Shown piece by piece: positions 25,923-37,720 of a DNA stretch of 64,000 nucleotides. Source of the DNA: Sphyrna mokarran (lineage: Eukaryota); contig JAGIQG010000011.1 of NCBI GenBank assembly GCA_024679065.1, positions 71,920,001-71,984,000 of the forward strand, given 5' to 3'. The notes below the pieces were generated by a model. The model was not told the origin of the DNA. It saw nothing but the letters and a program-made list of their open reading frames with translations, and made no database searches. A program made the translations under genes and the position numbers. How positions within the stretch are numbered: position 1 is the first letter of the stretch; each line of letters begins with the position of its first letter.

Positions 25923-26300
25923 CTGTTCTGTCCTGGCTGTGTTGTGAGATCGGCAGCGTGGAGCATTGAAGAAGAAGGCGAGGGCTTTCTTTTTTGTTTT
26001 GTTGGGGATCTTTAAAGGGGGGAAAAGGGGGTGGGTGGGTGGAAGAAGAAAGAAACCTTGAAAGTCTTGAGGAAGGACCGTTATTCCTGCTGTGCAGGTT
26101 AGGACTGATCGCTCCGTTGTCTCCCACACCAGGAAACACAACCTGTGGACGGACTGACGTGTTCCGCTCGTTGGAATGACATTTTTTTGTAAAGATAGTC
26201 CCCGAAGTGCAGACCCAGAAACGCACGCCACCTATCTTCGTGGGAAGGGATAATTGAAGATCCGTAAACGTGATGATCGGTAGATGTGACGTTCTGGAAC
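25923..26300 (-). other. ZEB2: ZEB2 non-coding exon 1 (5' boundary/TSS approximate)
   Basis: Minus-strand blocks CTTCAATTATCCCTTCCCACGAAGATAGGTGGCG, AAAAAAATGTCATT, AACACGTCAGTCCGTCCACAGGTTGTGTTTCCTGG and GATCAGTCCTAACCTGCACAGCAGGAATAACGGTCCT closely resemble the human ZEB2 exon 1 5'UTR (recalled). Candidate donor CAG|GTATTT at 25923/25922. Confidence 0.8.
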
Positions 26301-26575
26301 ATTTTTCTTCTTTTTTTTCTCTTTCCCCCCCCCCCCCCCACCACCTCTCTGCCACCTCCCTCCCCCCGCCACCACTCCACTCTCTCTCTCTTGCTGTGTC
26401 CAGTCCTAATCTGGGTTCAATTACCTTTCAGTTCACAGTGACCAGCAGAAGGACATGATAGCCTGGTGGACAGCAGTAAGGAGAGGTCCCAATCCCTCGC
26501 TCCACCAACACATTGCACCATCCTCACAATGTTGGATGTGCCCGAAAAGTCCTGATCGCACAAGCTGCTTACTTT

Positions 26576-26636
26576 GTGTGTGTGTGTGTGTGTATGTGTG
26601 TGTGTATGTTTCTTTTTTCGTGTTGTTGTTGTTGTT
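26576..26636. repeat. (TG)n followed by (TTG)n microsatellite just upstream of exon 1
   Basis: Direct observation. Confidence 0.95.
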
Positions 26637-28699
26637 ACTGTTTTCAGCCCTTTGCAACTCTTACACTAAGAGAGACAGTAGGATAAGCCGGATGCATCGC
26701 TATGCAGACAAGGAAGGGGTTCTGCCGCTCGGACCTGTCCCGCTGCCTTAAGTCTCTCAATGACATTTATTCAGTTCACACACAAAAAAAAGTTTGGAAG
26801 CTCGTTGCCGTTCGGGGGACCAGTCTTTTCATTCCCCCTCCCTCCCCAGCTGAAAACCTCGATTCGAGACTGTGCCTGAGCCCGAACGACTCGCACTCAC
26901 TGGAAACTTAAACCCTATTCAGAAACTTTGATGTTTTGTTTTTTTTTCTGCCGTGGGAACTTTGGAAGGCAAGTGAGCATCCCCCCTCCTTATTGTGAAG
27001 CCTTGCAGACTATTAGCTCCCATTTGTGTAACTTGCTATTGCGCCCACCTTTTAAACCTCAAATCGTAATGATCATTTAAATCACCTCCAAACCTCAGTA
27101 ACTCATCTAAAAAAAAATGAGGGGGCAGTTCGACCGAAAAGCACTGACGGCTAAAGGGTTAAAGCTTTATGTTGACGAAGTTCTTGATGGGGGGAAAAAA
27201 ATACCTGGTTTTAACTTAAAAGACCGCAAGATTGGGATTGGTGGGCTGTGAATAAGGCAGCGAGTGGAGTTGGGTTTGTGGGGTGTGGTTGCCTTGTGCT
27301 TGGAAGTGCTGACATCCGCGCCAGTCTGTCTATGTGTTTCATTCCCCCTTTTCCCGACTAGTTGTACTTGTCCGAATATCTGCTTCTCACTCGTTTTCAC
27401 GTTGATACCAAAAAGGCTCAGCCTCCGCAATGCAACCATTGGCTCTGTGACAATCCCGGGGCTGCCCTGCCCTGACATGTCGCTGACTCCTGTTTGGTTA
27501 ATTAAGTTTTCAATCAGCAGACAGTGGGGTAATAATAAATCAGATTGATAATTTATCGGCGCCCCGTCACTTGATTGTTGCAGGAATAGGCGGGGCCCCG
27601 AGTAGCTTTTTTTTGAAGGATGTGCAACTTATGAGATGCTGTGTATTTTTTTGGTAACGAAATTTTAAGTGGGCTCCCTGGAGATCTTGAGAAGTCTTGT
27701 TTCCCGAGATGTCTCTTTTTAATTCCTGTAATTATTCCAACGTTAATGGTTAAAGGTAGCAGCATAAGGTTGGTTACATCGATTGGGCTTTTGAAATGTT
27801 TGAACAAAATAACCTGGTGGAGGGGGATTCTGTCAAATGTAATCCAAATTTATGAACTTTTCACGGTGAAAAAAAACTCCATTCCTGTCTGGGGGAAGTT
27901 TTGTGCTCTCTGCCAAAGTTTATTCAGTACTGAGGCCAGTAGTCAATTTGCTGTCTTTTAATACAGAAGTTTTATAAATCTTTTCCCCCCTTTCGTGATG
28001 CAACATAACGTGATAAAAGAATACCCAAGATGGGTATAAGATGGTAAAAATGAAGTCAAGCCTTAATCACTCACCAGATCCAAGTAATTCTAATAATTCG
28101 AATGCCGTTGCTGATTCTTTTTGCCCAGTAATCTTTTTAAATGAATTTTGCTTTTGACGCATATTGTAAACCCATTTATTTTATGGGAGTATGTGTGTGT
28201 GTGTGTGAGGGGGTGGGGACGAGCGGAGATAAAATCGTGTTGAATTAAGATTACTTTCTTGGTGAAAAATAAGTTATTCTCAGTGAGACTCAGCTTTTAA
28301 ATGATAAATTGTACACTCAATAAGTGTGATGGCAAACTTTGGGTGTAACCCCACTATTCTCTCCCTTGAGTGTAATTCTTATTTTAGTTACTTTTTAAAA
28401 ATGATCTTTTTCATCAGCCTCTCATTTAAAAGTCGAATGACTAAAGAAACTAATGATTCACTCAAAAATATTTTTTTCAGGCAAATTCTGCTGATGCATT
28501 TTTGCATTTTTTTTGTCTAAACGGTGGATGGATGACCTAATTGTGGAAACACACTTAGTTTTATTGAGTCTGAAAGTATGAAAGACTTGATTTAACATTA
28601 GCAAAGGTCCAGTCATCAAATGACATCCCAGCAATGTTGCAATCTCTATATATACTTTTGCAAATATTAAGCAGTGTTTTCCTGATGGTTTTTAAATCT

Positions 28700-29050
28700 A
28701 CCTAGTTAGTGCTGAACCGTACAGATGAGAAAGGCCCAGTGTTGGATCAATACTGATTTAGTGATCTCGGCCAGGGTGGCAGCTATGATGTGGAGATGCA
28801 GCGTTGGACTGGAGAAGGCAGAATAAGTCTAACAACACCAGGTTAAAGTCACAACAGATTTATTTGGAATCATGAGCTCCCAGAACACGACTTCATCAGG
28901 TGAATGTTGAAGGAGCAGCGCTCCGAGAGCTCATGATTCTAAATAAAGCTGCTGGACTTTAACCTGGTGTTGTGAGATTTCTTAGGGTGGCAGCTGTGTT
29001 TGGTCTCAGTGTTCCTGGATTGAGGAATGGAAATTTGGCCAGAGTTTCAT
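28700..29050 (+). mobile_element. Old tRNA-derived SINE-like repeat, interrupted by the hairpin element at 28785-28983
   Basis: GCTGAACCGTACAGA...CTGATTTAGTGATCTCGGCCAGGGTGGCAGCT...CCTGGATTGAGGAATGGAAATTTGGCCAGAGTT is similar to the repeat at 36480-36720. Confidence 0.5.
28785..28983. mobile_element. Non-autonomous Penelope-derived fold-back element with 12-bp TSD
   Basis: Arms ACAACACCAGGTTAAAGTC...TTTATTTGGAATCATGAGCTC and GAGCTCATGATTCTAAATAAA...GACTTTAACCTGGTGTTGT are inverted. Same sequence as the termini of the Penelope element at 53765-57238. AGGGTGGCAGCT is duplicated at 28773-28784 and 28984-28995. Confidence 0.85.
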
Positions 29051-30156
29051 TATTCAGCATCTTCTGTATGAAGTAGTTATGAGTGGTGATTGGGTGAGGA
29101 TATGGCTTGGCATTTCTTATGGCCAAATGGCCTTTGACACTGGGAAGACACATATAAGAATAATGATCACTTAAGGGAGGGATTAATCCCCAGAAAGAAC
29201 TTTCACAGAGCAGAAAAAATGTTGGGAGAATAATATTGAGGAAAAGTGATTCAAGCATCAAAACGTGTATACTGAGGTTAACTTATTTTAAAAAATATTG
29301 ATTTTCAGTTATATTGATGTTTTGAATAATTGTTATTTAAACTTTTGTAAAGTATATATGCCAGATTTTTTAAAGTGAAATAAATCAAAAACTGATTCGG
29401 TGTTGCGTGACCTTTTGTTTTCGTGAATGTCATTAAGGTCAACTTTTTGAGTCATTTACTTTTAAAATGAGTACTGATGATCATTCATAGAAAAACACAA
29501 ATGTACAACACAGTAATGACACAGTACTTCATCTGGCTGGTCCTAAAAACAAATACATCGTAAATGACCACTCCCTGAAATATCAATCTCATTCCTCTTA
29601 CATATTCCTAGCTCCTTTCATCTCTTCCAATCCAGTCCATCTGTTTCATACTTGTTGTTTAAAATAATTAATCCTAATCTCTGCACAACCTTCCTCTTCT
29701 AAACCCAATTCTAGCATTTGTGGCAATGTCACAGAAGATAGTAATATTCAAATTAACTAACCCTTTATTATTCATGAATAATTACTCCTCTGAACCTCGT
29801 GTATCCCCAGGATCTGAAGACACTGGGTTAACCATTTCTTTCTATAACTCAGATGTCATAGCTAGGCAAAAGTTTGGTCTCTGTCTCAGCATTGCTTCCA
29901 ACTCATGGATATTCTTGCTGTGGTACATTGACCAACATTGTACACAGTCCTCTCTTGGTAGCCATACCAGTGTGTTGTGCAGGTTGATTGTCTCCTTGTA
30001 AAGCATGTTTTCTATCTCTCCTGGTATATTTGTTAGTTTAAGTGATGACCTTGCACAAGATGTTTAATTCTTGTGCATCATTGCCCAGTTTTCATATTCC
30101 CTTTGCAATTTTACATCCTGTGGGACAGAGCTATTCAGTCTGCATTGCCACTTTTT

Positions 30157-30432
30157 GGGCGGCACCGTGGTACATTGATTAGCACTACTGCCTCACAGCA
30201 CGAGGAACCCAGATTCGATTCCCAGCTCGGGTCACTGTTTGTGCAGAATCTGCACATTCTCTCCGTGTCTGCGTGGGTTTCCTCCGGGTACTCCGATTTC
30301 CTCCCAAGTGCGAAAGGTGTGCTGGTTAGCTGTGTTGGCCATACTAAGTTCTTTCTTAGTGTACCTGAACAGGCACCGTATTTGGATTTTCCCAATAATT
30401 TCATCGCATGCCTACTTGTGACAAAAAACTTT
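30157..30432 (+). mobile_element. V-domain SINE (HE1-like), alternative tail
   Basis: GGGCGGCACCGTGG...AGCACTACTGCCTCACAG...AGATTCGATTCCC; V-domain GTGTCTGCGTGGGTTTCCTCCGGG; tail GTACCTGAACAGGC...CCTACTTGTGAC. Confidence 0.9.
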
Positions 30433-30540
30433 AAAAAAAATCTTACATTTATATTGTACTTGGTCACCTTTGAACCCATCTCCCTTTGCGATTAAGATTC
30501 CTTTTACAGCTAGCATTACATTTAGAATGACATGATTTTT

Positions 30541-30670
30541 AAAGTTAAATTTAATTTATTAATCACAACTAAGCCTTATGTTAACATGGCAATGAGGTTA
30601 CTATGAAATTTCCTCAGTCATCACAGTCTAGTGCCTGTTCGGATCAATGCAACTAACCAGCATGTCTTTC
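30541..30670 (-). mobile_element. 3' fragment of the alternative-tail SINE
   Basis: TTTATTAATCACAACTAAGCCTTATGTTAACATGGCAATGAGGTTACT...GTGCCTGTTCGG is the reverse complement of the tail at 9990-10090. Confidence 0.7.
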
Positions 30671-31046
30671 TGTCTTGATATTCTGCATTATGTACTTTAA
30701 AAGGTATAAACACCTTTAAAGGATCTTTTTTAAAAATCTAAATTCTAGGCTGATGGTGGTAAACCTAAGGTATTTAGCCCATTTGGAATCCAACTGAGGT
30801 GTTTGTCTCCAGCAGCTACATCCAGTTTGGATGTAGTTTGGTGAAATGAGATCTCTGAAGCCATTGCAGCTTTGGATCAAAGCTGGTGATGAGCACTAAT
30901 TGAAATAAAAATCATAACTGATCAGTGTTTAGAACATATCATTCAGTAAAATTAACTTAGGCCGATCCAAAGAAATTGTGGTCTTTTCCTTTAAGAACCC
31001 TGTATTATTCCATATCAGTTTCCTGACGATTGCCTATTTTATCTTG

Positions 31047-31601
31047 TAAGAAATCTAACAACACCAGGTTAAAGTCCAACAGGTTTATTTGGTAGCAGAA
31101 GACATTAGCTTTTGGAGCTATGCCCCTTCATCAGGTGAGTGGGAGTTCTGTTCACAAACAGGGCATATAAAGACACAAACTCAACTTACAAAATAATGGT
31201 TCGAATATGAGTCTTTACAGGTAATCAAGTCTTAAAGGTACAGACAATGTGAGTGGAGAGAGGGTTAAGCACAGGTTAAAGAGATGTGTATTGTCTCCAA
31301 CCAGGACAGTAAGATTTTGCAAGGCCAGGCAAAACTCTGCGTTGTCATGTGTCGCTGAGCAGAGACCAATAGCCAAGTTCCCCACATATGAGGAAGCCTC
31401 AATCAGAAAATTGGGTTCATGTCAGACTATCTGTAACCCCCATGACTTGCTTGTGAACAGAACTCCCACTCACCTGATGAAGGGGCAGTGCTCCGAAAGC
31501 TAGTGGCTTGTGCTGCCAAATAAACCTGTTGGACTTTAACCTGGTGTTGTGAGACTTCTTACTGTGTTTGCCCCAATCTAACGCCGGCATCTCCACATCA
31601 T
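31047..31601 (+). mobile_element. Truncated Penelope-like element with inverted pseudo-LTR and TSD
   Basis: Inverted arms of about 110 bp (about 31047-31158 vs 31450-31563). Internal remnant encodes the ORF C-terminus (AEQRPIAKF...), homologous to 56860-56940. Flanks TATTTTATCTTG (31035-31046) and TATTTTATATTG (31601-31612). Confidence 0.85.
31471..31505 (+). ncRNA. Minimal type I hammerhead ribozyme motif in Penelope pLTR
   Basis: CAC-CTGATGA-A-GGGGC(AGT)GCTCC-GAAA-GC-T-A-GTG: intact CUGAUGA/GAAA core, 5-bp stem II, palindromic AGCU stem III, CUA cleavage triplet, CAC/GTG stem I. Activity not tested. Confidence 0.7.
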
Positions 31602-32959
31602 ATTTTATATTGTGCAGTGAATTATTGTAAACAGTATGATACAATCCGTTAGGCATGTCACTGTTTTTTAAACAAATTCACCAAAACAATCTGGGAGAAT
31701 ATGTTGAAAATGAGTGCTCTCCAGATCAGCAGTTTGAGATACTAACACGAGAGAGTTTATTTTACGAAACAAATTAACATAAATTCAAGTCAACACCTAA
31801 AAAATAAATTATTGCAGACACTGAAGACAGAGCATTTCAATCAATTCACATTGTTAGGGGACCCAGCTGAGATTGCAAAAACAAACATAGTGTTGGCCCT
31901 TTAATACCGAAGGCACCACTGTTGCATTTAAAAGCTGTCCCTAGGCTGATCTGGGTCAATGTAAGATTGGAGCCAGTTCATTCAAACAGGAAGAGGTCAC
32001 AAGGCAGGCAGAGACTTGAAAAATAGAGGTGAGGAACAGTAGCATTTGGGAAACTCTTTCTTGATCTCGGTCCGTGTCACTCAGTTTTTGAAGGCAAATC
32101 TACAGCAAGTTAATTAGTCCCAGCTTCTTTACAACAATTTCCCATCCCCTCAAACCTCCCAAGATGATGTGGGTAGCTATTATTTACATGAGGTTGGATA
32201 TTCCAGTGAATATTTGCTTGAGTGCAGAAATGGTTAACTCAAGTGACAAATATTTTATGGCCTTGCCTCTTTTATGCCTCTGATTAATTGAATGTGTAAG
32301 AAGTACAAAAAACATACCTGCGGTTGGCATTTTGTAAAGTCTTGCAAGTAATTATAGCCTTAGACGTAAATATTGTTAAAATACACCACATTGATAGAAT
32401 TTATATAAAACGCATTGTTTTTCAGTCCTTGCCATCACACATTTTCTCCCTTTCTGGAAGGCATGTACACATAAAAAATACAATCGTCTGAGCATTAGCA
32501 GCACTCTAGCATCAGATCTAAGTGGCCATACTTCATTAACAATCTGGATTTTGACTCTATTCAATTGTGGAGAACATTATTGCCAGCCCTGATGGTGTCC
32601 CTCAATGAAGCTCTTCAGCAAAGGCCTGCAGAGAACAATTTGAATGAGGGAACTTTGTCTTAATTTTTTTTCCCTCAGGCCAGGGACATTAAGTTGACAT
32701 GTGGCATCCCCACAATGACCTTAGACAAAGGTTCAATTATGCAGCACAGGCCAGTGATTAAATCTGGCTGTTTATTGGTCTCTTTTACTTACGTCTTTCT
32801 TGCTGTATTCAGGACAATCTAGTGTTGCAAAGGGGGCCTTAAACAAACACTTAGTAATATTTGCAAAGCACCTATCATCTTTCAGTCAAAGGCTCTGGAC
32901 ATCTGTACTTTTGCCTATAACAACATGGTAGTTGACTTCCATTTGCAATGAGCATACAT

Positions 32960-33815
32960 TCCCTGACTATCCTTTGGGCGGCTTAAGTGTCTGTTAAATG
33001 CCTACAAAATAGATGCAGCACCATTGAGTTTCTAGCCCCCAGCCTTCGATAGACCATAATAATCCTCCACTTAAATATTGAGAAGTCCCAAGTCTCATCA
33101 TCTTTGGCACTTATCACAAAAACCATACTCTTGCCATTAAATCCAAACCGTATTATCTCCAACTGAAGATTGCGATTTCAATGCCCAGTTGAATTCCTCA
33201 CTGAGTGTCCATTCCCAGATACTTTCCATGATGCTTTCCATTATAAAAATTGTCTCCATTTCCTTAACATCTTTTACTACTTGCCCAACCTCTGGACATC
33301 CAGAAATCAACATCTCAGCTTTTATCAACTTCAAATTCCAATGTTTTCCTGGATGGCCTACCTTCTTTCATTATCCATAAATTTTAGGTCATCTAAAATT
33401 CTGCTATCTATGTGTTATTGCCCATCCATGGTGATCTACATTAGTACCTGATTCTCCAAAGGTGTCAAATTTAAAATGATCTTCCTTATGTTTAATTGGC
33501 CTCCCAGTTCCATGTCCCTGTAACCTGCCTTAGACCCATGGTTTGCAAATTTTGATCTCTTTCATACCATTCATAGTGATTGGATCTTCAACTATCATGG
33601 CCCTATATTGTCCTGAAATCTCTTTACCTTCCCGTTGCCATTTCCTCATTTAAGATCCAATTTAAAACTAATTTCTTTGATCAAGCGCAAGCTTTTAGCT
33701 ACTCCTTCTTGTCTCTGCTTTTGTGGATACAACCTTTTTTTTGTCTAATTACATCTTTAAGAGTAGCTTTGGGCATTTTTCTAATTTAAAGGTGCAATAT
33801 AAACATGAGTTGTTC
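32960..33815 (+). mobile_element. Highly degraded L2-clade LINE 3' fragment
   Basis: Pyrimidine-rich degenerate ORF remnant ending TTTAAAACTAATTTCTTTGATCAAGC...GCTTTGGGCATTTTTCTAATTTAAAGGTGCAATATAAACATGAGTTGTT, an L2-type 3' terminus. Confidence 0.55.
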
Positions 33816-36479
33816 AGTTTAAAAAGAGGCATAAAACTGTTTGCTTTGAGTAAATATTTTTCTTGAAATAAAATAAACAAATTCATATAAGCATGTTAAG
33901 GATTCATACACTAATATGCATTCTTCATAAATTTAAGGCTCATGTGATGTATTTATTGACTGAAATGTGGAGGAGGAAAGGGAGCAGAAATGAACTTTTA
34001 ATGACTTTGTTCCAGGATTATAGATTCTATTTGCATAGAGACATGTTTATATTAAAGCACCCAGAACAGCACTGCATCTAAAGATCAAAAAGATCAGAGC
34101 TTGATAATCTGACCAACATAATTGCTGGTAGAGACATTTGTCTAGCTCAATGGTATAAGTGCATTGCTGAACTTCAGCACCATACCTGTACTCCACAAAA
34201 TATAACCCAGAATGATCTCTGATTGTGAGCCTATTTGTCATTAAAATATAGTTCACGACAATCTTTGTGACACCTTTCTCTGAAATGAAAAAGTGGCAGG
34301 AGCATTTTTCTCTGATAATGCAGATAGCCAATCTTATGGAGTGTGACAACATCAGACAAACTCTCAGCTGCAGTCCCTGTGGTGAGAGACTGGAACATCT
34401 ACAGGAGAAACACTTTGGAGTCACAAGGAAACAGGAATGGCTCCAAAATGGCTGCAGTTCTCTTTGAAGCCTAAGGTGGTCCTCGCCTGGCACTCGTAAG
34501 ACTACTCTTCACCCCCTGCAGTTCTTATGATGTTATCTTACATGTCCTACTGTGTGTTACATTATCATTTTATAACTGTTGTTGAGAAAGCCTTCTGCTG
34601 TTTGAGTCCTACGATTCTGTCAAACATTTTAAAAGCGCACAGTATTCGTCACATAATTAGCATGTGAGGAGCTGAGAAACTACACCTTGAAACTTCATTC
34701 AGTGCTATTACATAATTATAAATGGTCTTTTTTTAAAAGTGAATTTGCTCTCTCCATCTCATCAATTCAATATTTTTAAAAATTCTCCCACGTTTCATGA
34801 AAATAAAAGGGAGTTGCTAAACCGAAAAATTACATTTACGTGACTTAAGAGCAACTTTATCAGAACATACAAATATCATCAGTCCTGGAAGTGAATTTTT
34901 AGTTAATTGATTATAAACAGCATGATGTCTTGTAAAATCTTTGCCTTCTCACATTCTGTAATGCAGTTCAAGAGTTTCAGGATATTCTTCTGATTTATTG
35001 CACTTGATCTGGTGGCACAACTTTGCCTTTCTGACTTTTATCAGACTTGTTAAAATGAAGAAAGAAGGAACAGCTGGTTTGGTGATCAAAGTGTACAAAG
35101 AGATGGTTTAATAAATTAATCTAAAGGGAGTATCAACAGGCACTTAAACTAACCTGGGCAAAAAAAATGATGTTCTCCATATTAAAGCATATCTTGGGCA
35201 CAACTTCAATATCCAGGATTAATGCAAAATCATTTCCATCTCAGCTACCCTTTCTAAAACTTCTCAGCCCCATATTAACTGTTTGTTTATATCATTGAAG
35301 CCTTTCTTGTATCAAAGCTCCCCAATAATTCAGACCTTTCACTAAAATTTCAAAAAAAAATGTTTTATTTCAAAGTAATGAATTTCTAGTGAAAGTAGTA
35401 AATATGAAAAGTAAGTCAGCAAGCAGCATTTCATAGGCCACAAGGAGTTAAATTCTTGAAGTTGCATTTTTGTAGAATTTGCCAAATGATTATTTAAATG
35501 ATGAGATTTCAGTGAAAGTTACAAATCTAATTATAATATTACAACATAGGAGATTTATATTAGATAGAAAACTAACTAATGAATCTCTAGTTCGTGAAAT
35601 TTAAATATTGCTCTAATAAAAAGATTACTGTATTGCCAGATATTCAGAGAGCTCATAAATTCAATGCATTTGTGAGGGGGAAAAAAAAGTACTGCTTGCT
35701 TGAATTCCTTTAAATATGAAAGCTGTGCTTAAAAGAAAAACGTCAGCATTCATTGCATGACAGTAACTCACATTCAGTCTGCTTTTATTTAAAGACCATG
35801 TGTTATCCCATGTTTCTGTTATGCAACTAAAGAAAGTGTGCATCTGTACATCAAAATACGTTTACGCTAATATTTCAGTAAAATTAAAATCTGAATTCAA
35901 ACTTTGAATACCTAAGTACAGAAGCAGCTGACTTTATACCATCAAGAAATCACATATGTACTACTACAGATTGTGGTTTGTTTACCATTGGACTGTGAAT
36001 AATTCCTATGTCTGCTATTTTTTATATCACCAAATAGACATGTCCACCCATTAGTCCAATCAGAGTTGAGCCATATCAATTAATATCTGGAAAGATATGT
36101 TATTATTAGGTTGCCTGCTGTTGGATTCACACCATCATCAGATTATCAGGGATTGTACAAGAAGTGGGATGATGCCATTACTAAACTAAAGAACTGCTAA
36201 CCCAGCACTCTTCACCTACTTGAGGGTAATCAAAATTCTTATTAGTTGAAATAAGGCTGATAAAGTTTTGAAGCAAAATACAAAACAAAAGGTCCTCCTA
36301 AATTGCAACTTGTTCAGTGTTGGGAACAGTACTGATTTGATACCACTGGCTACTAGACCACAGTCAGTCTGAGTAGCACGTACATGTCAAAGGTCACATT
36401 TCCCCAATAAAGTGCCTCGTAAGAGAATTTTATCAGTCATTTGCTTTAAAACATTTCAATTTAGATTCCCTGCTATCCC

Positions 36480-36720
36480 AGTGGGTGAATAAATTGTGTG
36501 ATGTGGTATTGAGGCATGCAGATCAGGGTGGCTCCAGGTTTGATCCCTGTTCTTTGCTGAGCTGACAAATCTCACTTGCTATAGGACAGCAATGTGCAGT
36601 CTCTGGATTAGAGAAGGGATAATCAGCAGGGTTCCTGTTCCTGATCACTATCATATGACCCTTGTTGGAATTTGTGTGTTTTGATGCCAGGTGAGTGTGG
36701 GATTAGGTTTAGATGTGATC
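36480..36720 (+). mobile_element. Old tRNA-derived SINE-like repeat
   Basis: B-box-like CCAGGTTTGATCCCTG, then TGCTGAGCTGACAAATCTCAC...CTGGATTAGAGAAGGGATAATCAGCAGGGTTCCTGTTCCTGATCAC; related to 28700-29050. Confidence 0.5.
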
Positions 36721-37351
36721 TTTGTTATGTTAGAGTATTCTGCAAATACTTAATCTCCATTTGGAGAAAGTGTTGACCCTTATGTAACTTGTGCCCATTA
36801 ATTCCTTCATTAATATTTCACTAATGTTAACATAAATTGTGCATTAATTAGCTTAGTAAATTGCCTTGGATGGTAGTTTGACTTACCAATAATGGCACAT
36901 TAAACTGATGCCAGCATTATTTTATTTCCTTAAGATTGGTCTTCAGCCAATTCTGTTCACTGTTATATGTAAGAACAAGAAAGAATCAAGCAAAACAAAA
37001 AGTAAATGGCTTAACAAGTCTATTGCCAGACTATATAATTTGCCATGTTCTACACTTTACCCAAATCCAGTTAATACTCCGAGAGAAAGGTAATCTAATA
37101 CAGGTATCCTCTAAGAAGAGAGTACAGTGTGAACTTTATCTCCAACCCTGAAAGTAATTAGACAAAGCAGCTTGCATCAACTGTATTCCATAAATGACAT
37201 ATCCACTATGACAAATTGGATGCTATTGGACTCTATAATGAAGTGAATCTTTGTATATTCTTCTTTCAGCTCTCGTATTAACTGGCTATATATTCTGCTC
37301 TATTTGAGAGGAACTAATTGAAATAATATTGGATATCCTGTAACCCGTTAC

Positions 37352-37697
37352 CATAGAATTCTGACAGTGCAGAAAGAGGCCATTTGTCCCATCACAACTG
37401 CACTCACTCTCTAAAAGAGCATCTTACCTAGGCTCACCCCCCAACTCCCAACCAATTCTGATAACGCCATGCATTTGCCATCGCTAAATTACTTAATCTA
37501 TGCATTTTGAACATGAAGGGACAATTTAGCATGGCCAATCCACCTAGACTGTATATCTTTGGACTATTGTAGGAAACCAAAGCACCCGCAGGAAACCTAC
37601 GCATACATGGGAAGAATGTGCAAACTCCATCCAAGCAGTCATCCAAGGCTGGAGTTAAAACTGGGTCTCTGGCACTGTGAAGCAGCAGTGCAAACCC
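37352..37697 (-). mobile_element. V-domain SINE (HE1-like), CR1-type tail
   Basis: CATAGAATT...GCAGAAAGAGGCCATTTG tail; GGACAATTTAGCATGGCCAATCCACCTA; GGAAACC...AATGTGCAAACTCC; GCACTGTGAAGCAGCAGTGC head. Confidence 0.88.
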
Positions 37698-37720
37698 CTA
37701 ATAGCAAAATTGAATACTGT

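Noticed and set aside
25732-26355. 207-aa minus-strand ORF over the promoter/exon 1
   Set aside because: Low-complexity translation of GC-rich UTR and promoter sequence; no recognisable domain; crosses the exon 1 donor.
28785-28983. Hairpin as a pre-miRNA or DNA-transposon MITE
   Set aside because: Arms match Penelope termini elsewhere in the window and the ends are asymmetric; no miRNA evidence from sequence alone.
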